A stretch of DNA of 64,000 nucleotides, taken from Anaerolineaceae bacterium. Its GTDB lineage: Bacteria; Chloroflexota; Anaerolineae; Anaerolineales; Anaerolineaceae. How positions within the stretch are numbered: the first letter of the stretch is position 1; each line of letters begins with the position of its first letter. Shown piece after piece: positions 1 through 7,980 of this stretch. Below the pieces are notes generated by a model that had not been told where the DNA came from, did no database searches, and saw only the letters and a program-made list of their open reading frames with translations. The translations under genes were made by a program, and so were the position numbers. The stretch covers positions 180,509-244,508 of the forward strand of contig JAENYZ010000006.1 in assembly GCA_016841525.1 (NCBI GenBank), given 5' to 3'.

Positions 1-517
1 ACCTGACCATATTTTCACCAGCTGGGCCAATAGTGGCAGAGCGAACCTGGTCATCACCGAAAATTTCGCGGATTTTTTCTTCTGTTTCATAAGTACCCAA
101 ACCCAGGAGTTTGTCAGCTGGTAGAAACTCCACACGATCATCATCGATGAATAAGTATATCCAGTCTTTACTTGCACCGTGGATGACAACGCCGTCCCAT
201 TGTGCCCGTTTCAAGGCAACAGAAAACCAGCTTCCTGAAAGACTATCACCGATGACACCGGTTAATGGTGATTTTGATGCCAGGCCATATTTACCACCTA
301 CAGGGACTGGTGTGCCTGAAAAGATGCCGTTTGCAAAGCAAATTGGATTTCCAGGATCATATGCATCACATCCTACTTTGATGTTTTCCCAGCAGAGGCG
401 AGTTGCCATGCAAACGCCACCGATATAAATTTTGTACCACTCTTCAGGTTTTTCTTCTGACCAGTGTTTTCGTTCATCCAGGTCTATGTGCAGAATTTTT
501 CCACTGTATCCATGCAT
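1..517 (-). CDS. aor: Aldehyde:ferredoxin oxidoreductase (tungsto/molybdopterin enzyme), N-terminal part; the 3' end lies outside the window
   Basis: Absent from the ORF track because it runs off the edge. Reverse translation from ATG at 515-517 gives MHGYSGKILHIDLDERKHW..IGGVCMATRL..GKYGLASKSPLTGVIGDSLSGSWF..TIGPAGENMV, typical of the AOR N-terminal domain. AAGGAG lies about 8 nt upstream. Confidence 0.8.
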   Translation of the reverse strand, partial: MHGYSGKILHIDLDERKHWSEEKPEEWYKIYIGGVCMATRLCWENIKVGCDAYDPGNPICFANGIFSGTPVPVGGKYGLASKSPLTGVIGDSLSGSWFSVALKRAQWDGVVIHGASKDWIYLFIDDDRVEFLPADKLLGLGTYETEEKIREIFGDDQVRSATIGPAGENMVR

Positions 518-787
518 GAGGTCTCTCCTTATTTTGACGTAAAGGATTGTCTTGAGAATTTATATCATAGTTTTATGAAAAGTATAAGCGCTCAATCAAT
601 AGATAATTAAAAGGTAAAACAAGTCCAAATATGCAACTTATTTATACTATTGGTGTAGGACAAACAATAGTGAAAGATGTAATTTTAAGAGGTGAGTAAT
701 ATCAATAAATCAATTTGTAAAAATTTTCACAATAATATTGAATTTAATTCACGATAAATATACAAATTCAATTGAGAAAAATCTCGA

Positions 788-2377
788 TCAAATAACGTGT
801 TCAGGGAGAAACATTTCCGAATCCTTAAATATACGAGCAGTTTGTGTGTGGAATGCAGGAAATTTTGTAAATGCATCAGCAGGCGACCCATTGAAAATAA
901 TTTTCCCTGCTTCAATGATAACGACCCTATCAGCTAAACCTGCGGCAAACTCAACATCATGTGTTACAAGTAAAATCCCTTTGCCAAAATTCCGCCATTC
1001 TTTGAAGAGAAGGGATAATTGGTTTTTCGCCGTATAATCCAGGCCTCGAGTAGGTTCGTCTAAAAAAATTATGTCAGGATCATGAATTGTGACAGTAGCC
1101 AGAGCGACGCGCTGCCTTTCGCCAACGGAAAGATCCCTTGGGTGTTGGTTCAATTTTTCTGCAAGCTTGAATTGTTGAAGAAAATCGATCAAATCTTGAT
1201 CAGTCTTTTCAAGCCCATGGTTTTTCAGGGTGATCTTTAATTCGTCGAGGATTGTTTCAGCAAATAGCAAATCATTTGGGTTTTGTGGTAAGTAACCGAT
1301 TTGATTTAATATCCTGGTGATGGGCAAATCTGAAAAATTTTGACTCTTAAAAAATTTCTCGCCCACGGAATCCATTAATCCTAAAATTGATCTTAACAAA
1401 CTTGTCTTTCCTGATCCGTTTTTCCCAAGAAGAACAAGGATTTCTGATTGCTTCAAGCTAAAAGATATATTCTTAAGGATTGGCTCCTGATTAAATTGTG
1501 CAGAGAGGTGCTTAATTTCTAGAATTGATTCAGAATTTGTTTCTTGTAAAACCGGTTGAACCAATTTGATACCAGGCTTTCTGTTACTGCTCACATTCTT
1601 TGGAAAATCCTCAACGGTTAACGGCAGCGGATTGAGTCCTAGTTTTTTCCCGATCGCCACAACTGGCGGCAGATTTTGTAAATGAGGGATGATCTGGCTC
1701 GGACTCCCCATGTTCAGATTGTGGTCATTATTCATTTTTATGACATTGTCGGTGTAGGGCAGCAGCCTTTCGAGTCTGTGCTCTGAGATCAGGATTGTTA
1801 GATCTGTATTTTTCTTTAATGAAACGCATAATCTTAATATTTGATCTGCTGAAATGGGGTCAAGCTGTGATGTGGGTTCGTCCAAAAGCAAAACTTTCGG
1901 ATTTGTCACAAGCACACTGGCAATCGCGACCTTTTGTTTTTCTCCTCCAGAAATTTCATGGATCGACCGGTAACGAATTGAGGATAATTCCAGGCGTTCA
2001 ATTATTTCATCAACACGAGCGTGCATTTCTGTCCTTGTCACCCCCATGTTTTCCAGAGCGAAGGCAATTTCATCTTCCACAATATCAAAGACAAACTGCG
2101 CTTCAGGCTCTTGGAACACAAATCCGACATTTGATGCAAGCATTTCAGGTCCATCATTGATTGGGTCAGACCCAAATACATCAATCTTCCCCGATATTGT
2201 GCCCCCTGAAAAATGCGGTACGAGACCGTTGATGCACCGCAAGAAAGTAGATTTGCCGCTCCCTGATGGGCCGATAATCAGGGTTAGGGTGCCTTGTTTG
2301 ATTTGACAATCAACATTTTCAAGCGCATATTGAGAAGTATTTGGATATTTAAAGGATAAGCCTTCAATATTAATCAT
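788..2377 (-). CDS. ECF transporter ATPase, fused EcfA-EcfA' (two ABC cassettes)
   Basis: Walker A GPSGSGKST and GKNGSGKTS. Signatures ISGGEKQKVAIA and LSVGERQRVALA. Walker B LLLDEPTS and IFLDEPTR. Start moved from 2413 to ATG 2377 (MINIEGLSFKY), giving an 8-nt overlap with the upstream T gene. Confidence 0.85.
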   Translation of the reverse strand: MINIEGLSFKYPNTSQYALENVDCQIKQGTLTLIIGPSGSGKSTFLRCINGLVPHFSGGTISGKIDVFGSDPINDGPEMLASNVGFVFQEPEAQFVFDIVEDEIAFALENMGVTRTEMHARVDEIIERLELSSIRYRSIHEISGGEKQKVAIASVLVTNPKVLLLDEPTSQLDPISADQILRLCVSLKKNTDLTILISEHRLERLLPYTDNVIKMNNDHNLNMGSPSQIIPHLQNLPPVVAIGKKLGLNPLPLTVEDFPKNVSSNRKPGIKLVQPVLQETNSESILEIKHLSAQFNQEPILKNISFSLKQSEILVLLGKNGSGKTSLLRSILGLMDSVGEKFFKSQNFSDLPITRILNQIGYLPQNPNDLLFAETILDELKITLKNHGLEKTDQDLIDFLQQFKLAEKLNQHPRDLSVGERQRVALATVTIHDPDIIFLDEPTRGLDYTAKNQLSLLFKEWRNFGKGILLVTHDVEFAAGLADRVVIIEAGKIIFNGSPADAFTKFPAFHTQTARIFKDSEMFLPEHVI

Positions 2378-3386
2378 GGTCGGACACCAGTATGGGCAAA
2401 ATTGGAATAGCACTCAGCAAGACGCCTCCAATATTGAACGATGGCATGGATAATTGCGGATAGGGTGAGTAAGAAAAGCTGTTCTCAAAGAATACAGCAG
2501 ATATGATTTGCAAAATAATTGAAGTTAGAAAAACGATGCTTAAAAGGATATCGATTTTTTGCCAGGGAACCTGGTGATAATGCGTGACCTTAAACTCGCT
2601 GCCTTTTTTAATAAGGGTCAGGATAATGATGCTTCCACCAACTACATATAGAAAAATGCTGATGACTTGTGGGTATGCATATAAATTCAAAATCCATCCG
2701 GAAAAAATTGAAAAAGTGCCAAAAACCAGGCTGATCACCGCTAAATTTGCATTGTTTCTCCTGGAAACAGCGTGAAAACCTCTCGATGTCATTGATTCTG
2801 AAAGAATTATGGCGTCTTCAAGGCTGGTTACAATCAAAGGTAATAGGATAGGCAGCCAATCAGATATCTTTTTCATAGGGTTCCCACGAATCATTTGTGC
2901 TTCTTTGATTTCCCTGGCTCTTTGTTGAATAGAAGGGAAAAAGGTCAACGCCAATGTGGCAGTCATCCCAATTGGATGGAAGGCACGTGGTATCAACCGA
3001 CTCAGCTGTTTCACGCTCAAAGCTAAATTGAAAATGTTGATACTGAGATAAAGTGATCCAATGATCAGACCGTTAATGGCACCATAGATGAGTGATTCAA
3101 GGGTGATATCTCCACCAACCAGGAGCCAGTTTTCAGGGAATTGGAATAATTTAGTAAGACCTATGTGCGTAAATAAACCGTTTACAAGTGATGAGATCAA
3201 AACCATTGAGATAAGAAAGCGAAAGTTAAGACCAATCCAGGCTTTTCTATGCTGTGCCTTTGCTTTATGATTCCCAAGGGTGAACAGGACAATCAAAACA
3301 AGCAATAAGTAAATTGGATTTCTTGTTGAGAGAACGAAGATAATTGTGTTAATCAGCCACAAAACCCAAATATATGCGTTTTTCAT
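2370..3386 (-). CDS. ECF transporter transmembrane (EcfT/CbiQ-like) component with an extra C-terminal membrane extension
   Basis: Polytopic membrane protein with EcfT-like coupling region QQRAREIKEAQMIRG..LEDAIILSESMTSRGF. Start moved to ATG 3386 (MKNAYIW), an ATGA overlap with the S gene stop. At about 338 aa it is longer than the usual ~265-aa EcfT. Confidence 0.7.
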   Translation of the reverse strand: MKNAYIWVLWLINTIIFVLSTRNPIYLLLVLIVLFTLGNHKAKAQHRKAWIGLNFRFLISMVLISSLVNGLFTHIGLTKLFQFPENWLLVGGDITLESLIYGAINGLIIGSLYLSINIFNLALSVKQLSRLIPRAFHPIGMTATLALTFFPSIQQRAREIKEAQMIRGNPMKKISDWLPILLPLIVTSLEDAIILSESMTSRGFHAVSRRNNANLAVISLVFGTFSIFSGWILNLYAYPQVISIFLYVVGGSIIILTLIKKGSEFKVTHYHQVPWQKIDILLSIVFLTSIILQIISAVFFENSFSYSPYPQLSMPSFNIGGVLLSAIPILPILVSDHD

Positions 3387-4189
3387 GATGGTTTTGACCC
3401 TTCCGAGTGAAATGAGAAACGCTGGTAAAAACGTTGAAATACCTTTAAGAATGGGCGTGCCATAGTCAGCATGATAAGAATATTGCCAATTGAGCGGGTG
3501 ATGTCCCAAATGACAGAAGTCGCCAAATAATATGCACCGTATTTGCCCAGGTTTTCCAGCAGGCTGGCACTCTGACTCCAAGATGATCCCGCGCCACCGC
3601 CAAGGAAAGGCCAGAACCAGAGGTTCATTATCAATCCATATAGCATTCCCCAAAACGCGCTAAATAAGGTCAATACTAAAACTTCACCAAACTTTTCTTT
3701 TAAATGGAGTTTATTGTTTATATAAGATACTATGGATGCGGTCTGACCCACCCAGCCTGCTGTGATCATCTGTCCTGGTAACCAGGGTCCGATGCCGCCT
3801 GTAATCAAACCTGAAACGAACATGGTCATCGCTCCCATCAGGAAACCGATTCGACTACCAAAGAAGTAACCCACCAATATGATCAGGAAAAACGTTGGGC
3901 TAAACCCTGCAGGACCAGGTATTGCATTCTCAAGAAAACGCAAGCCAGCATTAATAGATATTAAGACACCTAAAAAGGCAATCATTTTATTGTCCAGAAC
4001 GGAAGATTGTGTTTCAATAAAAACAATTGCCAGGCACAAAATGATGATCAGACTGACCACAATTGGAAAAGCTGAAGATTGTATTTCAGTATTCCGAGCC
4101 TGGGGAAGAATAAAGGGTGCCAGAAGGCTCAAAAGACCGATTAGAAAAACAAAGATGTTTGTCAAAATCCCTGTAAGCGTTTTTTTCAT
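3383..4189 (-). CDS. ECF S-component-like integral membrane protein (putative corrinoid-specific)
   Basis: 268 aa, multi-TM and glycine-rich helices, with no soluble domain. It sits between the surface protein and the T/AA' genes with 4-nt ATGA overlaps on both sides. Substrate is inferred only from the cobalamin riboswitch. Confidence 0.55.
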   Translation of the reverse strand: MKKTLTGILTNIFVFLIGLLSLLAPFILPQARNTEIQSSAFPIVVSLIIILCLAIVFIETQSSVLDNKMIAFLGVLISINAGLRFLENAIPGPAGFSPTFFLIILVGYFFGSRIGFLMGAMTMFVSGLITGGIGPWLPGQMITAGWVGQTASIVSYINNKLHLKEKFGEVLVLTLFSAFWGMLYGLIMNLWFWPFLGGGAGSSWSQSASLLENLGKYGAYYLATSVIWDITRSIGNILIMLTMARPFLKVFQRFYQRFSFHSEGSKPS

Positions 4190-6672
4190 GCCTGCTTTCG
4201 GATGTATTTGAAATAAATGAAAACTGCCAGGAGAATTCCGAAGGTTGCAATGATTACGAGAGGGAGGGGATTAAATTGCTCTGCTTCTTCATCCTCAAAC
4301 CTCGTCTCATTTCGTGTTTGTTCTCCTGTCGTTTCTGGCGTTTCTGTCACAAAGCTTTCAGTTAGAGAGGGTTCAGTCATTTGTGGTGATTGCTGTGAAT
4401 CTTGCTTATTAAAATTACCATCTTGAGATCTAAAGAGATCTCCGTAGTTAAGATAGGATTGGACTTGATAATTTTTTAACACAGCTGTTCCACAAATTTC
4501 ACTTAAGTTTGTTCCATATGAAGGCGGTTTGGATGGAAATTCTTCCCAACTCGTCAAGTACCATGCCTGGATGCTGCCAGGCACAACTTCTGTTTGAGCC
4601 GCGCCGGTTTCATAAAACTGCCATTCTCTTCCATCCCAATACCAGTAAGACCAGTAAAGGGTGTCATCGTTAGGATTATTGAATCCTTCAATAGTATTAA
4701 TAAATCCGCCCTCAGAATCCACGTTTAGACCGGAGGAGTCTAAAAGCGTCATGCCTGATACTGAATTTTCATCAAGTGCGACACATCTTTTAATGATTTT
4801 ACCTTGTTGATTGGGGTCGATAATTAAAGCGGCATAAGGTTTAGTTTCGGGAGGTGTTACCATGTAGCTTCCATCAAACAGGGCCAACAAAGATGCTGTT
4901 GTTCCCATCAAATTATCGTCTGGATAGTCCCATGAGAAAACGAAGGCACCATTTGTCTTTTGAAAGGAAAGTAAATCTGGTAATGGGCTGAAGTTTTTCT
5001 CAGTATTCCAATCAGAACTTGATTCACCCAGGGCATTAAGTGCCATCAAGACAAAAGCTGTTGTGCTTGAATCACCCCAACCACCATCCTGCGATTGCAT
5101 TTCGTTGATATATGCCAAACCCATCTGGATGCTTGGGTCATCCCTGCTGACATTTGCTGCCAATAATGCCTGGATGGCTATTGCAGTATTGTCAGGCCAG
5201 ATGCCAGTGCCGGCGGCGTATTCCCAGCCGCCATTCTCTTTTTGTAGTGTTTTTAACGTATCGATTGCACCTTCTGGAATTTCTTCATCAGCTGCTGCAA
5301 GACCAAGGATAGCCATTGCCTGATGCCAGGTGTTCTCGGCGTCACCAAAGGCATTAACATTTGGGTCATACGTCTCCAGGAGCATTGTCACCAGGTTTTT
5401 GCCAGCAAACATCTTTGGATTTTCACCACTTGCGACCAGGCCAAGGATGAGCTTTCCAAGGGCATCCGGACCATTTTCAAGATAAGAATCAAGATTAGTG
5501 ACAATATAATCCGAAGGACTTATTTTGTTTTTGGTTATGGAATCCGGATCCCATCCGGCGGCTCGCAAAGCTAAAATGACATCCATGGTTTGCCCGACGG
5601 CGCCCCAACCGCCATCTGACCCCTGGTTTTCGATGATGTAATCAAAAGCGTGGCTTGCTCGCTTGACATAGCCTAAAGCATAAAGCGGCTGCCCTGACAG
5701 ACCGAGCAAGGCTTCTGCTGTTGAATATGCGTTTCCGTATTCACCGCCAATCATGCCATTTTCTTTTAGCAATGTGAGAAGTGCTTGCAAGGGATCTGAA
5801 CCTTCTCTTAGCCAGCTTTCATCCAGGGGATTTTCACCAATTGCGCTTATTGCCTGAAGGATCATGCCTGTCGTGTTTGCATTGGTGGTCGAGTCCCATT
5901 GTGTTTGCCATCCGCCATTGTTTTGTTGATTATTTTTAAGAAAATCGATCGCATTTTGAATTTCAGTTAGGTTTGCGTTGTCATGGTCAGATGCCATTAA
6001 TGCCATAACGGCTAAAGGTGTCATGTCAAGGAAACCACCAAAGCCATCATTCCAGCTGCCGTCATCATCTTGAGCATCGGTAAGCCAATCAACGGCCTCC
6101 GTTGGAATTGGAGCATGGTTTGCCGACAAGCCCAAAATAGCCCATACCTGGTCCGTCACGTTGTCAACCGTTGCAGTCCCATAAACGCCCGTTGTTAAAT
6201 CGTAGCGGCTGGTAATTTCGTATATATAATCAACAGGATCCTCGCCAAAATGCCTCGGATTATTATTTGCAGCAGCGATTGCTGTTAGGAGTTGGCCGGC
6301 TCTTGCGACATTAAATGCAGGTGCTTCACTATCAGACTTGTTGACCCAATCGTAACCAGAAACCGACAGAAAATCACTGGGAAGTTTTCCTGAAGGTGAC
6401 TGCAGATAGTCCTGTGGGTAATGATTTGCGGCCAGTGCTAAAACTGTGCGAATTGTGGCAGGGACACTTGACGTTTCCTCAATCCAACGAATACCGCCAT
6501 CTTGATTGAGTTGGGTTTTGAGGTAAGCAAATGCCCTTTCAATGTGCGTTTGGGGAATTTCCTGGCGAGAATGCTTTTGTATAGGATTGGCAATAACCCC
6601 AGGCAAGGATAAGGTGAATAAAGCAAATAACGAAAAAATTATGAATACAGTTTTAAGAACGGTTTTTGTCAC
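4186..6672 (-). CDS. Secreted, C-terminally membrane-anchored protein: prenyltransferase/terpene-cyclase-like alpha/alpha-toroid repeats plus a DUF4430 (transcobalamin beta-domain-like) module
   Basis: GTG start with a Sec signal (..LSLPGVIANP). About 8 repeats of the QDGGW type: QDGGIRW, DDGSWNDGFGG, NNGGWQTQW, SDGGWGAVG, ENGGWEYAAG, QDGGWGDSS, TNGAFVFSW. The DUF4430-like stretch is GGFINTIEGF..LYWSYWYWDGREWQF..GSIQAW. An acidic linker and final TM helix (LPLVIIATFGILLAVFIYF) follow. Confidence 0.7.
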   Translation of the reverse strand: MTKTVLKTVFIIFSLFALFTLSLPGVIANPIQKHSRQEIPQTHIERAFAYLKTQLNQDGGIRWIEETSSVPATIRTVLALAANHYPQDYLQSPSGKLPSDFLSVSGYDWVNKSDSEAPAFNVARAGQLLTAIAAANNNPRHFGEDPVDYIYEITSRYDLTTGVYGTATVDNVTDQVWAILGLSANHAPIPTEAVDWLTDAQDDDGSWNDGFGGFLDMTPLAVMALMASDHDNANLTEIQNAIDFLKNNQQNNGGWQTQWDSTTNANTTGMILQAISAIGENPLDESWLREGSDPLQALLTLLKENGMIGGEYGNAYSTAEALLGLSGQPLYALGYVKRASHAFDYIIENQGSDGGWGAVGQTMDVILALRAAGWDPDSITKNKISPSDYIVTNLDSYLENGPDALGKLILGLVASGENPKMFAGKNLVTMLLETYDPNVNAFGDAENTWHQAMAILGLAAADEEIPEGAIDTLKTLQKENGGWEYAAGTGIWPDNTAIAIQALLAANVSRDDPSIQMGLAYINEMQSQDGGWGDSSTTAFVLMALNALGESSSDWNTEKNFSPLPDLLSFQKTNGAFVFSWDYPDDNLMGTTASLLALFDGSYMVTPPETKPYAALIIDPNQQGKIIKRCVALDENSVSGMTLLDSSGLNVDSEGGFINTIEGFNNPNDDTLYWSYWYWDGREWQFYETGAAQTEVVPGSIQAWYLTSWEEFPSKPPSYGTNLSEICGTAVLKNYQVQSYLNYGDLFRSQDGNFNKQDSQQSPQMTEPSLTESFVTETPETTGEQTRNETRFEDEEAEQFNPLPLVIIATFGILLAVFIYFKYIRKQA

Positions 6673-6693
6673 AGCGCAAATCCTTTTTTAATG

Positions 6694-6720
6694 AAAAACG
6701 ACCTTTTCGTGAAAAGGTCG
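6694..6720 (-). terminator. Intrinsic terminator/attenuator of the B12 riboswitch
   Basis: Perfect 9-bp stem (6699-6707 cgacctttt with 6712-6720 aaaaggtcg), a 4-nt loop, then UUUUU on the minus strand (6694-6698). Confidence 0.8.
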
Positions 6721-6945
6721 TTAAATCATAACGCCCAGGTTGGGCGACAGGATGAGGTCGGAACTATTTAAAAAATCCGATACCCAAACTGCCTTTCCAC
6801 GAAGTGTTTTGGGTCACAAAGGGCGGGTTATCGGACTTCACCAATGGTGTTACCGTTGCGGGACAGTGCTGGACTTTCACCAGCTTCCCCCATTGTGCAC
6901 CTTGCATCCGGGCAGGAGGTGCACCCTTTATGGCTTATTTACTTA
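6694..6945 (-). promoter_or_regulatory. Cobalamin (B12) riboswitch with terminator expression platform
   Basis: The minus-strand RNA contains AAUGGGGGAAGCUGGUGAAAGUCCAGCACUGUCCCGCAACGGUAACACC, the conserved GGUGAAA-UCC / CCCGCAACGGUAA core. A B12-box-like GAAGUCCGAUAACCCGCCC follows, then a terminator hairpin just before the GTG start at 6672. Confidence 0.85.
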
Positions 6946-6951
6946 ACCACA

Positions 6952-6980
6952 ATTCTAATGGTAAATTGTGCTATTGTCAA
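6952..6980 (-). promoter_or_regulatory. Sigma-70-like promoter for the B12-riboswitch operon
   Basis: Minus strand reads TTGACA (6975-6980), a 17-nt spacer, then TAGAAT (6952-6957). Confidence 0.6.
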
Positions 6981-6997
6981 AGCAGACAATAGCACAA
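6966..6997 (-). terminator. Hairpin terminator ending the upstream (7025-13682) operon
   Basis: Perfect 13-bp inverted repeat ttgtgctattgtc / gacaatagcacaa with a 6-nt loop, 28 nt after the stop of the 7025 gene. The U-tract is weak (UUUAC). Confidence 0.55.
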
Positions 6998-7024
6998 AAC
7001 TGACATCTGTTGAAACTTAAATTA

Positions 7025-7447
7025 TTATTTAAGATTGATGGCAATGACATCCTTGACCTGAAGTTTGCTTGACAAATCAGGCATGACCATACGCAGGATG
7101 TCTTCATCGAATGCAACGATACAATTTGCACAGCTCAAGGCTTCTGCAAGCGGCATTTCTGCTTCATAGCCGTCGGAAGCTGTAAAGACGAGGGTTTCCC
7201 CGTCAGTGAGATTGGCGTCCTGCAATAGGTCGATAAGCGCAACACCTTGATAGGTTGTTGTTTCACCGTCCTTATTTGTGTAGTCGGCAGACAGCGTGTC
7301 ATAGGCTTCTAATTCTGACAGGGAAAATTCTTCTGAACCGACTATCAGGACGGCGGTTTCCGTTACCACTGCTTCTGGCGTTTGACTGCAGGCAGCAAGT
7401 AAGGCAACTAGAATAAACAGACTGGTGAATAAGAATGATTTTTTCAT
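7025..7447 (-). CDS. Small lipoprotein consisting of one copy of the operon's ~100-aa secreted module
   Basis: Lipobox LLAAC|S. Module signature TYQGVALIDLLQDANL..LVFTASDGYEAEMPL. AAAGGA RBS. Confidence 0.6.
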   Translation of the reverse strand: MKKSFLFTSLFILVALLAACSQTPEAVVTETAVLIVGSEEFSLSELEAYDTLSADYTNKDGETTTYQGVALIDLLQDANLTDGETLVFTASDGYEAEMPLAEALSCANCIVAFDEDILRMVMPDLSSKLQVKDVIAINLK

Positions 7448-7475
7448 GGTGATCCTTTCTTAATATAGATTGCTG

Positions 7476-7970
7476 TTATTTGTGAACAATGATCTCAGTA
7501 ACTTGAAATACCCAACGATTGGCTGGCGTCATGGGGAAAACCAGCCGAATGGGACCAGCGTCTGGTTCAGCATCGACAATCCATTCGCCAGCTTGTGTAA
7601 GGGCGACAATCCCATCGACCATTTCGTCTTTACTGATTTCAATAGCGTAACCGTCGGCTGCGATTGCGGTAATTGTGCTGATATCATCCGGAGCACCAAC
7701 TTTTTCTAAGAGTAAGGCAAGTGGAACACCGCTAAAAGAACGGACCTCGTCTTCTCCCCGTGATTTTTCCATGAGTACTTCATTCAAATCAACCAGTTCC
7801 ATTTCGGATAATTCGGCGAATGAAAATGTTGTTGGGTTGTCCACATCTCCAGAAATGGAGAGCTCCCATTCAACTTTGGGTGTGCTACCACAGGCGGTGA
7901 GGAGCATGGAAATGCATATCAGCACTACCCATTTTGAAATATTTACTTTTGGTTGCCCGACTTTAACCAT
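7476..7970 (-). CDS. Small lipoprotein, one copy of the secreted module
   Basis: Lipobox LLTAC|G. Signature SFSGVPLALLLEKVGA..ITAIAADGYAIEIS..GPIRLVFP..WVFQVTEIIV. AAGGAG RBS. Confidence 0.6.
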   Translation of the reverse strand: MVKVGQPKVNISKWVVLICISMLLTACGSTPKVEWELSISGDVDNPTTFSFAELSEMELVDLNEVLMEKSRGEDEVRSFSGVPLALLLEKVGAPDDISTITAIAADGYAIEISKDEMVDGIVALTQAGEWIVDAEPDAGPIRLVFPMTPANRWVFQVTEIIVHK

Positions 7971-7980
7971 ATCAACTCCT

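Noticed and set aside
111-428. Many 60-180-aa ORFs from the six-frame track lying antisense or out of frame inside larger genes (e.g. 111-428, 1795-2160, 5063-5574, 17553-17823, 20041-20621, 42120-43013, 59145-59684).
   Set aside because: Each is fully nested in a long ORF with clear family motifs on the other strand or frame. Their translations are low-complexity (S/P/R/L-rich) and lack RBS context. I treat them as shadow ORFs.
2378-2413. Longer N-terminal extensions given by the ORF track for several genes (starts at 2413, 3653, 10046, 27177, 31887, 33194, 36073, 39976, 43090, 54909, 55685, 61346).
   Set aside because: Internal ATGs sit at canonical N-termini (e.g. [32 protein letters not shown]). 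They have good SD spacing or ATGA coupling to the upstream stop. The extensions overlap neighbouring genes, terminators or promoters.
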